A DNA stretch of 64,000 nucleotides from Eledone cirrhosa (Eukaryota): positions 49,414,001-49,478,000 of the forward strand of contig OZ024745.1 of the NCBI GenBank assembly GCA_964016885.1, read 5' to 3'. Position numbers and translations under genes: made by a program. Below the pieces are notes generated by a model. That model was not told the origin of the DNA and ran no database searches. It saw only the letters and a list, made by a program, of their open reading frames with translations. The stretch's first letter is position 1, and every line of letters starts with the position of its first letter. Positions 50,189 to 64,000 of this stretch are shown here, one piece after another.

Positions 50189-53100
50189 ATATATATATAT
50201 ATATCTGTGTGTGTGTGTGTGTGTGTGTGTAAATATATATATATATAGTAGTTATTAATATGTCGTTAGCAACCTCCTGATTTATCACCGCTAACTGCCA
50301 GCTAGAGCGGCGCCTGCACACTTGTATATTCACTATAAAAGACACTCGTCTCCTATTAACAAGCAATGCTCTATCATCCACTAAACTCCTGCTCAGCTCT
50401 AGCTTGCACTAAAGATAAACACAGTTTGTTTTTAATAAATATCAATAACCTTATACCACAAATCGTATACAACTATGATGCTATTTTTTAAAAAATCTCA
50501 TCTCGTAAATAAATGTAGCTGTTGATGGGATCAATAATTTTCAGTGGATTACAGGAATTGTGATTAAATGAACACAAAACAACACAAAAATAAATGCATT
50601 AGAGTGTGTTGCCAATTAATTAGGTGTTAGTGACGTCAGTCGGAAGAAAACCTTGTAAGGAATGTTAGGGATGTAAAATGACTATTTTTATTTATTGATT
50701 ATCAGTTCAACATTTATAATGCCGTACTTTTCTTGTTTGTTTTTTTAAAAGTGTTATGAGAGAAAAAGATAATTATTGAATATTAGTTATTATTTTTCTT
50801 TGTTTGTGAATAATGAGTCGTCGAGCTAATAGTGATAACTAAATATTTGACGTTGCAATTCCTATATAATGAAATAAATAATATGAACAGTAAGTAGTGT
50901 AAGCCACACAATGAAAAATATGTATTCGATGTCAGAGAGCCATTAATATTTCATAAACGTCTCATATATGTTGATCGTTCGCACGCCATTAATCACATAA
51001 ATCCAACCAGATTATCATTCGATATCGATCAGGTCTTTTATCAAATTCCTACTCTTCCAAACACAACTGCATGTTGCCTATGAAATGCCATTGACTTTCA
51101 AGATACGTACTATAGTAGGGTACATTCTGTTATAATGAGTAGGGTACATTCTGTTATTACGTTGTGTAGAATATCATTTGCTCATCAGTCTATCCCAAGC
51201 CCAAGGGATCTTCAAGCCGGACAATATCCTGGTTTCATTGGCCTTAAGCGACTGAAAGTACATGAGAGGCCTGTCCGTTGCATGGTTAGCTCCCAGCTGC
51301 TGGTGCTCAATTTCCCCCAGTTGTGTGGATTAATGGTATGTGAAATGAAATATCTTGCTCAAAATACTGTACGGACATCGAATCGCGATCTTGCGATGCG
51401 CGAGCCCAGTACCCTAATCGCTATGAACCTGTGCAGAAGTGTGTTTGACAATTTCAAGCGATGGCTATACTATTTTAGTAAACAGTTGAAATATATATGA
51501 TTTCTGTGTGGGTTGCGGGTATATACAAGCACATGTACTGTACATGATACATTTGTGAGTAATAGAAATATAATTTGGAGCAAGTGGGCCTTCTCAGAAT
51601 CGTAGATCATGCTATCTGGTTCACCTGAACCTCTTCCCTCTGATGTAGCCAAATTGCCAGTATTGGATTTCAATTAGGATTATTATATTGTGTTTTTCGT
51701 ATTTATGTGACGATGCATTATCAAGTTATTTTCTTATAGATAAAAAGATGAAAAGAAGCCGATCATTTTTCTATAGTTGATACTATCTGCCGGTCGTAAC
51801 TCTTGGCAGAAATGGGTGGGATATGAGCACAGAACGCACAGAACCGTATCAGATACCGTGAAGCATTCAGTCCGACACTTTTATCTATTTTATTTATGGA
51901 CTCCGAAAGGATGAAAGACAGAGTTGACATCGGTGGGATTTGAACTCAGAGCACAGAGAACTGGAATAACGGCGCTTTTTAACCTAACACCTTCACCACT
52001 CTGCTAGTTCACCGCCATATGGTAGATTAAGTAATACATATAACATCAAAATGGTTTTAATATTGCTTGATTATGTCTGAGGATGTCTGAAATTATTAAT
52101 TTGTTCTTATCAGTTTTGAATCTGTCCAGTCAGTAAATATAGTGAAGAGAAACCAAGTTTACAGCAACAAAAGTAAACAGACAGAAACTGTTGACATGTT
52201 AGTTGAGCTGAAAGTTCAAGGCTATTTGTTGAAAACACTCTTGGAAGAAGTAGAGAAAGATATTATCAAGAATACTAATCTGCTTTTAGAGAAAAGTATA
52301 GACCAAGAGAAACATATTGCAAATGTTATTATGGTTCCTCTATCTTAATGGTAAACAAGAAGCTTAATTTTCTTCTTCCTGACTAAGCTATAAAAATACT
52401 TTAAATTATTACTTAGAAAACATTGATCTGTGTCACAAAACACAGGATTCAGCGGGAAAATGTTAAAGAACAACTATAAAATAGATATTTTTTGGTTATA
52501 TGATTTCTGTGTTCAAGGCTAGACTGAAATAAACAGTTTAATCCGGCCTTGACTTAATTCAGTTTTTCCAGGCAGCGTGACAAAATTGTTAAAACAGTGG
52601 ACAAAATGCCTGCAGTCTTTTATAACAGCCCTTTATCTTCTGGATTCAAATCCCACCAAAGACAGCCTTACATTTCATCCTGCTGGCATCAATAAAATAT
52701 AGAACTAGTCAAGTCCTATAATACATCTGAGTTGTGAAAGGAATTTTAATAGAAATTTATTTATATTCTTATGTTTTTAATTATCAGTATTTACTGCAAT
52801 CTTTTGGCAAGCTAAAAGTATTTAATGGCTTATATATTACACCAATAATAAAGTTTTATTACATAGGGTATGACATCTGGTATTCTCAATGGATAAGCAT
52901 TGGACTGTGATATTCATGCCTTTAAAAAGTGATATAAATGAAGGAAAAGAGAAAATGAACAAGGTACAGGCTGTTTACAAAGAACCTGCTTGTACTGCGG
53001 CATTCTAATATTTTTGTGAATATAATTAATAGCTGATTGTGGTATAGCTGATTGGATTTACCCTTATGTATTACTGGTATTTATTTTACCTTTCTTAGAA

Positions 53101-54611
53101 AGGAAAAATAAAGTTGAAATCAAAAACTAGGAAAAAGCTAAATACTTGTAATGCGATATTTAACCCATCCTTGAATCAATCTTCGGTGGTAGACTTAATC
53201 CATCGCCCGGCTTAACACCATTACCTGCCCAATGGGTGCTTTTAACGAAATCCATTCTGTTGGAAGCACTCAGGTCAGGGCTCCGGTTTGAGGATGCCTC
53301 CCACCGGTCTCAGAGACCCTGAAATATAGTCATTGATACAACCGTTCTATCTCTGATTAAATAGTAGTTTTAAAAAAAGCTCAGCCATCTCCATCGAGCT
53401 TGTCATATCTATAACAATACAATGCTTAATCTATCCGCAAGAAAGAAGTTGTCATTATATGTTGCTGTTTAACATTAAGTAGAAATGAGTAATATTTAAT
53501 TTCCAAATAATATAACGAAAATATGAAATGAATTAAGCATTGGTTGTTGACGGGGTAAACCTTGCCACGGTCTGACGTCCCTTCCAGAGAAGGTCTTGTA
53601 CTTTTAGTCCTTTAACGAAACATGAACGAAAAATGTGCCAAACACCAGGCTGGACCAAGGAAACAACGTTTCCATTGGTCTTTCTATTGTTGATGTTATC
53701 TGCTGGTCTCAACTCCTAATAGATGTAGCAACATGCATTTTGCTCAAGAAAACACAAGCCACCGGGTACAATAATCGAACCCACGACTTTCTTAAGTCCA
53801 ACACTATAACCACTAGATTACTTGCCTTCATATGAAATTGCTATAATAGGCTCAAGAAAAAAAAATGTTAATATCTTGCAGAAATATGGAATATAGTTTG
53901 GAGATAGTTCATTAAAGTAATTTCTTAAGTCTTCTGGCGACCGGCTCCTTTCCTTTCAACAAATCAATATATTGTGTAAGAAATGAGACCTAAATCATTA
54001 ATATATACTTACTTTGCTATTGTATATATTTTTTCTCGTTCAACATTCAATGCATTCATTGTAATCTCACGAAATCATATGCCAAATAATTGCGTTGATG
54101 ACGATGATGATGATGGTAATGTGATTACGGTGATGGTGATGATTATGGTGGTGGTAGTGATGATTATGGTGGTGAGGATGATAATGTTGATGTTGATGGC
54201 TTTGGGCCTAAATTAGAAACCATTATTACGGGAGGAGGGAAGAAGGTAGATCATCACCTGTTTGTAATACAGTGTCATTACCACGTTCATTTTCCTGTTG
54301 TCAACACTGCTATCCCCCCTGACTATATCCTCCTTCTCCTCCTCCTCCTCTTCCTTCTCCTCCTCCTTGTCATTGTTATCATCGTCGTCGCCGCCGTGGT
54401 CTTTGTCATCAACATCATCATCATCATCATTGTGAACGTCATCGTCATTGTTACCATTATATGACATATTTCCATAGTTCTTGTCACTCAAAAAAGCTAC
54501 CTTTGACCTCTGAACCAACTATTTTAAGGCCAAAGTATATTGTTCACATGATGTCCATTTAATTATGGCATAGTTTTAACTGCAGTCAAATAATCCATCA
54601 TTAAACTTGGA

Positions 54612-55632
54612 TGATTCACACGCTCATTCACATGCGCTCACACAGTATTGGTTGTTATTTTAGGCCTCTCAAACGCGTCCACCATACAACCTCTTTCACC
54701 ATGGCTTTTACGCACAGAAACACCGCCTCTCCTTCATTTTTGAAGGGGGGGGGGCGGCTTGATCGTTATAATGAACTCGGTGGTCAACCGGATAGCTCCC
54801 ACCCGTGACAGAAGTCGTTCGACATAGCCCCACAGATCGGCGACGCCCGAGCAGTGTACCAATGCATGCGCGACGGTTTCCTCGTCGCGCACGCATCTGG
54901 GACAGATCTTTTTCGAGGGGTCGCTACCCGGGCGCCCGTGTCTGTAGAGCTTTTCTCGAACGGGCAGAGCCCCTCGGTAGTACTGCCAAGCCAGGGACCT
55001 CTGGAAGTTGTCCATGGGTCCCGGGCTAAATGTCCTACCGAACAGGCTGGCCAGTTCGTCTTCCTCCATGCCTAAGGCTTCTCCGATGGAGTCGTCGCAC
55101 CTGCTGCGTACCAGCCCTCTATAGAATGTCGAGGTGGAGTCTCTACTGATAGCCGGGTCCGCCTGCCAGAGAGCCGTGAGCGCCTGGGAACACTCGGTGT
55201 GCCAGGCGCCCAGTTTTCTCGGTCTTTGTTTGACTCAGGATTGCAGCTCGGTGAGTGAGACGAGTCTCGGAAAAGTTCGTCTCACAAACGGGGCCCCACA
55301 CCGGTTGACCGGTGAGGAATACCTGGAGGTGCCGTAGCCTTAATGCGTGTTTACGCATCAGCAGCCACGGCATCCCCAGCCCTCCTTTCGAAGGGTGTTG
55401 ACAGCAGATGGATCTCCTCACCAAAGGAGCCCGCTTCTTCCAAAGGAATTGGAAGAGTGCGCGCTCCATTTTGGTGAGCGTTTCCCTTGGGCAAGGCACG
55501 ACAGTCAGGCGGTAATAGATGACGGACGCTATATAAGCGTTCGCCACCTCCGCCCGACCTTTCAGGGATAGTTTGCACTCAGCCCACTTCCGCGTCAGCG
55601 CAAACACCCTGTTCGATACCTCTCCCCAGTAA
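54612..55632 (-). mobile_element. L1/Tx1-clade LINE ORF2 C-terminal fragment
   Basis: KWAECKLSLKGRAEVAN...FQFLW...KGGLGMP and ALPVREKL...CPRC...ETVAHALVHC (CCHC zinc knuckle). GC-rich and frameshifted. Confidence 0.9.
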
Positions 55633-55654
55633 TGTTACTATTATCACCTGCTCT

Positions 55655-56200
55655 CATTGGATTAGCAGTATCGGTAGAGGATCGGACGCCATGCTTTGAC
55701 GCATAGAGTTACGGCCCTTGCCATTCTGAGTTCAAATGCCGCCGAGGTTAACTTTGCCTTTCATCCTTACGGGTCGATAAAATAAAATACCAGTAATGTA
55801 CTGGGTAATTGCTGGCCATGTGCCTATAATAGAACTCATTATTATTATTATCATTACTCAGGTTAGTCTTATGCCTGCTACTGCTACCATATAATCTATT
55901 ACAACTTGCTTCATGGTCGATTTTCTCCTCCCTCCAAAATGCTGGCCTTGTGCCTAAATCAGAAACCAGTATTATCATCATGAGGCGCTGGATTGGCAGT
56001 ATCCTCAAACAACATGCTTTGTGGCCTATTGTTATGGCCCCTTACGTACTGAGTTTAAATCCCACTGAGTCTAGGTTTGCCTTTCATCCTTACGGGGTCG
56101 ATAAAATAAAGTGTCAGTAACACACTGGAATCGATTTAATCGACTTTCCTCTTCCCTTAAAATTGCTTGCCTTGTGCCAAAAGTAGAAGCAATTATTATC
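55655..56200 (+). mobile_element. Cluster of same-orientation SINEs, main family
   Basis: Copies at ~55655-55845 and ~55982-56200, with a 3' fragment between them. Confidence 0.8.
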
Positions 56201-58982
56201 ATCATCATCGTCATTTAAATGGATTTTCTTTTTTTTTTGGGGGGGGGGGGGTAAGGTCCCCAGTGTTTGCCGAAATGGGTTGTAATATTAAGAAGTTGGG
56301 TCTACAGCTTATATGATACTCAATAACAAATATAGTCAGCCCCAGATTTACCATTGTGTTTAGGCGTGCTTAAGCATAGGACCCCATTAGCCAGGGTGGG
56401 GGCCATCTTCCTGCCAAAAATATGTTTTACCTCCTTCAGAGTCCAAGTAAAGAGCCTCATAACTTAACTAGCACAGGGTCTCATTTCTCCTAAATCCGGC
56501 ACTGACTGTAGTTTATGTATTTTTACTTACTTCACTGAAATAAATGTTAGTTATAAACTTAGCCTGTTATATGAAGGCATGATACAACATACTGCTAGAG
56601 TAAAGATACGCTTACATTTTTAGACTTACAAAGATTTGAATCAGTTTTATATACGATCTATCACGTTGGAAACAATTACTAAAGTACGCTAGAATATATC
56701 GTTTGATGCTTGATTTATATCAACTTTACACATATTACCTAGTGTTAGTGAGTATGTGGGAAATCTATCACTTAAAGCGCTCCATGGAAACCAGTTATGG
56801 TCGGCAGTTTTCTAATTGATGTAAACGATATTTTATGATATTTCCGAAACTTGAGCCTATTTAGAATATTATTATCTCTATTGAATTTGTAACATTTTCT
56901 ATAGGAAATGGTAAAGCTATATTATGGAAGTAGATTATTCTCTTCTTATTAAGTAGATAACTTTATAAAATCAAAGTAACAATTCTGTCTATTTAAATTT
57001 AGTTTTCTGACATTTGCCCTTTTTGATAATGGGCCTTTCGAACTAATATGAACAAATATAGTATAGTATCGGTTTCAAATATCTAATTCTCTTGGAAGCC
57101 AGGGGTTGGTTTTACTTCTTTCGCTTCTAAACTCGTGTATTTGCCCTAATGACAATAATACCAACAGAATCAGCAATAGCAGCAACAACATCCCAAGGCA
57201 ATGTCATGAAGCTATTTCTTAAAACGAGTACTATTTTGAACATCACAGGGGGGTTATAAAAATACTGTATGACTTTGGATGCACACATGCTTTATAAGTT
57301 CACATAAAAGCTTTATTTATAAGATTTTTAGGCAGTATTGTTCTTATAATCTTGCTGTGGTTGTCATTCCAGATAAGTGCATTGGTAGGGATGGATCAGT
57401 TGGACTATCCGTAGATGGCCAGGTCAAAACAGTTGAATACCCTACAAAGCCACATTCTTTAGATTAGTTCAGTGTCAGGATCACAGAAGTAATTCTTAAA
57501 ATTACTCATAAGAAACTGAGGAATTGGAAAACCTGTTCCCACAATTTGTCACTAATAATGGTGGTCATGTTGCATGACAGAAATGTCGAATATATTGTCT
57601 AAAAACTGTGTAAATAAAACTTGTATATGCAGTAAAAAGTGTTGTCGGATCTCCGTCGGTTCCGACGACGTATACTCCAATTGTTTGAAGAACGGAACAA
57701 CATGATCGTGAAATTTACGTGCAAGTGGCAATGCATTCCTCAAACGCATGTACTTTTTGATTGTACTTATATGTGACAAGGCTGACTTTTTGAATTACAG
57801 GTACACTCATTTTTGTCAGCTGAGTGTAGTGGAGCAATGGGAAATAAAGTGACTTGCTCAAGGACACAATGCGCCACCGGTTGTCGATCTCACGACGTTA
57901 CGATTGTGAGCTGAACACCATAATTACTAAGCCACGTGCCTTCACTCTGTTATAAGTACAACCAAAGTCATTAATGTTTGAAGTTGAAGAAGGACTTTAT
58001 AAACACTGTATAGTTAAATCCCCGCTAAATATTGACTTTCTTCAATAAAATTTAAATCGACCTTGGTATTTTTATAAATGTTCTTGTATAAATAGACAAA
58101 TATTCTTTTATAAGAATTAAACATCTGTTTGTAAGAGTACAAAACGCTGAGGCTAAAGGTACACTTATAAATATTTCATTGTTAAATAGTTAGTGTTGTG
58201 TCTCCTGACCAGCTCTGATCGGACGTATGATCAAAGGTATTTAAACCATAACCATCCTGTCTTTTTGTTTTCTCTTCTAACGATCAAAACAATCCAAAGG
58301 GAACAAACCCAAACCATATATAAACTATACCTCCTCATCATCAAAATAAATAAAAGCTGGTGTGAAATGTAGATCCCAATACAACTGCACATTAAGTACT
58401 TTAGTAATCAGTGCTAAATACACAGGATTCCCCCGTTAAAATGGTAGGCTTATGCGGGCAACATCTTTTCTCTGGTCTAGCCTGTATATAATGTTGATCC
58501 TACGGTAATAGAAAGAGGCAAAGTTCCAAGTGGTATAGTCTGGAAAAGAAATAAAAATAGCATTGCTGACGTAAAGGAGACTCCGTGCACTGCCGAATAA
58601 TTTCAATTGCTGTGAAAAGCGGAAAGCCTAGACTCTCAAGCTCATCATAAATTTCATGAGATTAGAAAAATATGAAGGAGGTTTTGCCTGGCTGGCTGAC
58701 GTCACAGGAAGTAAACAGCTACCAGAAGATGGTGGTAAAGAGTGTCTTAAAACTAAAATGTGAAGTAGGCAAGATACCATAACATTAAACTTTCTACTCC
58801 TCGTTGTCAATTGAACTCATTCGGCCATTCCACAAAATATTTCCTTTTGATTTATTTATTCTTGCCGACGTTAGAACATCATCAATTTACGCTGATTCCG
58901 AATTTACCATACTGCTGACGTAGTCAATGTCTTGAACTAAATGTTCTTGGTGATGTTCAGTCAACTCACAAAACATTATTTG

Positions 58983-59411
58983 AATTGGCAGTATCGGCAG
59001 AGGGTCGGACACCCTGATTTGACGCATAGAGTTACGGTCCTTGCCATTCTGAGTTCAAATCCCGCCGAGGTTAACTTTGCCTTTCATCCTTACGGGGTCG
59101 ATAAAATAAAGTACCAGTAATGTACTGGCTAATTGCTGGCCTTGTGCCAATAGTAGAAACAATTATTATTAATACCTACCTAAGGGCGGTGGATTGGCAG
59201 TATCGATAGAGTGTTGGACATGATTCGCAGCATAGAGTTACGGCCCTTTACATTCTGAGATCAAATCTCTCCTAGGTTCGCTTTGCCTTACGTTTTTACG
59301 AGGCCGATAAATAAAGCACTAGTAATGCACTGGGGTAGATTTAATCGATTTTCCCTTTTCCCCCAAATTGCTGGCATTGTGCCTAAAGTAGAAACTATTA
59401 ATACCTACCTA
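58983..59411 (+). mobile_element. Head-to-tail SINE pair; the second copy has a 16-bp TSD
   Basis: TATTAATACCTACCTA at 59167-59182 and 59396-59411 flanks the second copy, which landed in the tail of the first. Confidence 0.88.
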
Positions 59412-59741
59412 TCAAGGTATTTCCTTCGTGGAAACCTGTTTGCTGACGTAATAAACAGCATTTTAAAAAGGCACTTTTTTTTATTTATTATATAAACTGA
59501 CACGAAACATTATGCATCTTAAAATCAGCAATTTTACTTCTTTGTATTAGAAATAACTTTCAAATAACAATAAATACAATATACATAGGTTTTTTTCTTT
59601 TCTTTTAATCTTCTCTGTCATTATTTTTGCGAATTTAAACGGGATTGCAATTAGGGTAATATGCAATATTTACGTGAATTTGTGAAATAGGTGATCACTC
59701 ACTGTGTTGTGGTGGGGTGGAGTAGAGCAAGAAGAAGTAGC

Positions 59742-59742
<1 letters not shown>

Positions 59743-59781
<39 letters not shown>

Positions 59782-60362
59782 TTATTTATATGTGTATATA
59801 TATATGTATACATATGTATATATATGTATATACATATATATACATATGTATACATATATATATGTATATATATATATATACATATATATGTATATAGATA
59901 TGATTACATGTATATGTATATATGTATACATATAAATGTATATATATATATATATGTGTGTGTATACATATATATGTATATATATATATACATATAAATG
60001 TATATACATATATGTATATATATGTATACATATATATGTATATATATGTATACATATAAATGTATATATATGTATATATATATATATACATTTATATGTA
60101 TACATATATATATATATATATATTTATACATATAAATATATATATATAAATGTATATATATGTATATATATATATGTAAATATATATGTATATATATATA
60201 TATATATGTAAATATATATATATATATGTGTGTACATACATACATACATATATGTACATACATACATATATATATGTACATACATACATACATACATACA
60301 TATATGTATATATATATATATATACATATATGTACATACATACATATATATATGTACATACA

Positions 60363-60392
<30 letters not shown>
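59743..60392. repeat. Compound (TA)n/(TACA)n microsatellite field
   Basis: Directly visible. Similar fields at 7813-8020, 34925-35290 and 43975-44380. Confidence 0.97.
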
Positions 60393-60393
<1 letters not shown>

Positions 60394-60767
60394 TTTATAA
60401 GGCTCTCATTGAACACAATTGACTACATTTCAGGTGAAAAGTACCCATGACGAACAAATGTTTCGAGTGCTACGAACAAATAACTATTACATTGATATGT
60501 AATCAGTGAGTTAGATATTTGAATAGAAAGTACACACGGTTTCACAACTCGGAGAAACACCACATAACAGTTGTGTAGTTTACTATATGTGTAAGAGTTC
60601 GTTTCAACCATCAGCTTCAAAAATCCGTCAAATATATTATATATTTCAATATTAGGTAATATTTTATTTTTTTGGTATATGGAATTATACGTTTAATCTG
60701 ACCGTAGTATTACATACAGTGTAGTAACAAGAAAATATTTATATATTTACATATTTATAGATTATAT

Positions 60768-60802
<35 letters not shown>

Positions 60803-60851
60803 TGTGTGTTTGTGTGAATTCATATATACATATCTAGAAAGAAACTTGTGG

Positions 60852-60889
<38 letters not shown>

Positions 60890-61122
60890 GTGTGTGCGTC
60901 TGTCTGTGTGTGTACAGAAAGCAGTCGATTTAAGAAGCATTAGGCAAATTGAAATGTGCACGTTGCAATGCAAATGAACAAAACAATAGTCAAGGGCTAT
61001 ATGTAATAGATCCTCTTTCCAGGGTTATTTTACCAATTTTCTCAACTATTACCTATAGTAATCAAATATTTTATGATCATTAGCGTTGGGACTCACACAT
61101 TTCAAATTTCACATATATATAC

Positions 61123-61163
<41 letters not shown>

Positions 61164-61343
61164 TATATATAATACATATATATATAATATATATACACAC
61201 ATATATATATATATATATATACATATGTTGAAAAGGTGACACACTAGAGTACATATGTATATATATACACACACACACGTATACATATGCGTAAGTCAGA
61301 ATGTATGTCCATACTCGTACGTCATATATATTACATATATATT

Positions 61344-61401
<58 letters not shown>

Positions 61402-62208
61402 ACACACGCGCGCGCGCGCGATTGCGAGTGTATGCGTGCGTATCTGTGTGTTTGTGTGTGATACATTATCATCAGGCCCACGGCCAAATTTTGAGAAGGT
61501 GAGATATATACCATTACCCAAATATATTACTGCTACAAATTTTATTGAAGGCAAATCTACTTTCTGAAGAAACAGACTGTCCTGGACAATAATGAATTAA
61601 ATATAAAATTCACCTACCACGACTAACCTTATCGACATCTACCTCTCTTTCTCTTTATATATATATTTAACCAAAAAGGCCCACACATAGACAAAACCTG
61701 CTTCTATGAAAAACGTATTAGTTTCGGGTTTGTAAACTTATAAAGTGGGTAAGGGCACTAATATTCTTTTGTTAAAAAAAAAGAAAGAAAAATGAGCGAA
61801 CACACTCTATGCGTGTATGTGTGTGTTTCTGTACAGCTATGTATGTCTGTATGTTTAATGTGTTTCACAAGATACTCAAGTTTCTGACAGGAAAAAATAT
61901 AGCAAAAATATTAAGTGCAGCTATATGGCAGCTTTGTCGATCACTAAGCCTTTTCTTTTATTATCTCTTTCTATTATTAAAATGTTTAATGAACGCAGAA
62001 GAGTTCCAGTTTCATTGTACAGTGCAAATATTTTAGGTTTCAAGATTTATTGTTGGTTTTCTTCAGAGTTTATATATATTCCTTTCTTTATTGAAAATGA
62101 GGGACAGTCACACCAAGAAAACCACTCTAACATAACATTCACTCTAATACATTACATATATCAATTTTGCATGTCTTAATACACCAACTATATACATATG
62201 TAACACAC

Positions 62209-62239
<31 letters not shown>

Positions 62240-62286
62240 CAAATATACATACATACATACATATATATATATATATACACATATAT

Positions 62287-62438
62287 GTGGTCATCTGGTT
62301 CTTGTAGTCTCACGGCAACGGGTCAATACTCTCTTCCATTTTTTGTTGGCAAGTGTTGGGGTTTGAAACTAGTTTCTGCCATAGGTATGGCTGTCCAGGT
62401 TTTCTTTGGCTTACCCTTTGGTCTTTTCCTACCAGCTG
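62287..62438 (-). mobile_element. Short RTE-like LINE 3' remnant
   Basis: Minus strand reads AGRKRPKGKPKKTW, a GRRPRGRPKKTW-like motif. Flanked by TA-rich repeats. Confidence 0.5.
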
Positions 62439-62829
62439 TATATATGTATAAATACATACATAAAGCAACATACATACATAAAGCAACCCTCGTTTGATAT
62501 ATGCACATCGTGAGGCAAGTTTGGTAATAAGTTTAGTAAAACACAGGTATGTAACAAAGAAAAAATATAAATTTCATGACTAACTTTTGTGACGTTTCCA
62601 GTTCCCCACATTTAATTTTCAAATATATATCGACAAATATAATATATCCGACGTTTACCATAATACATACTTATCTGCTGAATCTTCCAATTCTACATTC
62701 AGCAGTTAGAGGCACAGTTAAATATATATGCAATGTGTATGAGTGTTTGCGTGTATGAGAATTTCATATTTCAAATCGCTATAATATTCTACTTTTTCAT
62801 TTTTCTTATTTACTATTATCATTTGAGGA

Positions 62830-63210
62830 CTGTCTATTGGCAGAATCGTCAAAGAGCCTTGTCACACTTAATCTGGCTCCCATCATGGACAACTTTGCCG
62901 TTCATCCTGCTGGGATCAATGAAATAAGTACTGAGTCTATATTATCAACTTTACCTACCCTCAAAATTGTTGGCTTTGTGTCTAAATCAGAAACCATTAT
63001 TATTACAAAGGCGGTGGATTGGCAGTATCGGTAGAGGGTCGGACGCCATGCGTTGACGCATAGAGTTACGGTCCTTGCCATTCTGAGTTCAAATCCCGCC
63101 GAGGTTTACTTTACCGTTCATCCTTACGGGGGTCGATAAAACAAAGTACCAGTAATACACTTGGATAATTGCTGGCCTTGTGCCAAAAGTAGAAACCATT
63201 ATTATTATTA
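62830..63210 (+). mobile_element. Head-to-tail SINE pair (older copy then younger copy)
   Basis: The second copy starts GGCGGTGGATTGGCAG at ~63010, directly after the ATTATTATTAC tail of the first. Confidence 0.85.
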
Positions 63211-64000
63211 CCATTGCCATTTTTTACAGCCTAATGTATAGTTGAATGAGTGGAAACATTATGTTGGTGACACTAAGTGTATTGATTTTATAATATATAG
63301 AATACTCCAGTATACTGATTCTATAATAGAAGTATATTCCAGTCGGATTTGATATTAGAACACTAATTTGCTAAATTATATATAGAACACATCTTTCCAT
63401 TTTTCTCGACTGAAACAATCACCACCACCACCGCTGTTATCTCCATCAGCAGTATCTGCTCATTTTCACTGTTCTTGATGGCGTTATAAATGGATCGTCA
63501 CACCACAGCTGCTTAGAGGCTTACAAAAAAACAACAAAAAAAAACAACAACAACTATGATAGGCTTCGCTGCACTGTGTCAGCCCACAGTGAAAGAAATC
63601 CAAGCATGAAATAAAGCATTTTTATGATGCTAGGATCGTATCTAACATTTAACCACCTCTTGATGTCATTTAATGATTCAGCAGAAAACATCTAAAAATG
63701 GGTTCATCAATTCAAATATTTGTTGTATCTTTTCTAACAGACGGATTGCTGCGAAAATTTGCAGTGTTAGTGTTTGAATAAAAACTTCGATTTTTAATGT
63801 GATGCCGTGATCGTGCTGTTTTATAATTTTCAAGAATGTCTTGCTAACGCAGTTTCGTGTGGTACAGGACGTTAGGAGTTTAAACTACATTTAAAAAATG
63901 TTATACTTATGATGTTAGAATATCTCAATTTTATGTTTCTATCTTTCTGATAAATATTTGCTTCTCAGGTATTTCAATTAGGTTGCTATATTTATATTCT

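Noticed and set aside
53983-54518. Acidic and hydrophobic ORFs
   Set aside because: They derive from (GAT)n, (GGT)n and (TCC)n trinucleotide low-complexity sequence.
56225-56503. hAT element ending AAATCCGGCACTG
   Set aside because: Only one plausible terminus was found and there is no TSD.
57075-57200. Signal-peptide-like minus frame MLLLLLLILLVLLSLG
   Set aside because: It is under 40 codons, overlaps a degenerate CAG/CAA repeat and has no supporting gene structure.

Overview
AT-rich, microsatellite-dense eukaryotic intergenic or intronic DNA. The SINE families and repeat density suggest an octopus or other cephalopod (inference). No intact host gene could be supported, and most track ORFs are translations of (TA)n, (CA)n or (TACA)n. 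The window is a layered transposon landscape. (1) A full-length 9.4-kb Helitron (13072-22514, TC...CTAG, decayed Rep/PIF1 helicase) carries a nested Chapaev3 transposon, which carries a nested SINE. (2) An internally deleted sister Helitron (38322-41460) sits in one arm of a local inverted duplication, and the other arm preserves the empty site. (3) There is a small non-autonomous Helitron, plus hAT, mariner and 6-bp-TSD MITEs. (4) There are RTE, CRE and L1/Tx1 LINE fragments and many tRNA-derived SINEs. The least expected features are two non-coding ones. The first is a set of minimal type I hammerhead-ribozyme-like folds with non-canonical cores (CCGAUGA, CUCAUGA), several inside long palindromes. 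The second is a 400-bp foldback element holding two convergent tRNA-like Pol III units. All calls were read by eye, with no database or folding computation.
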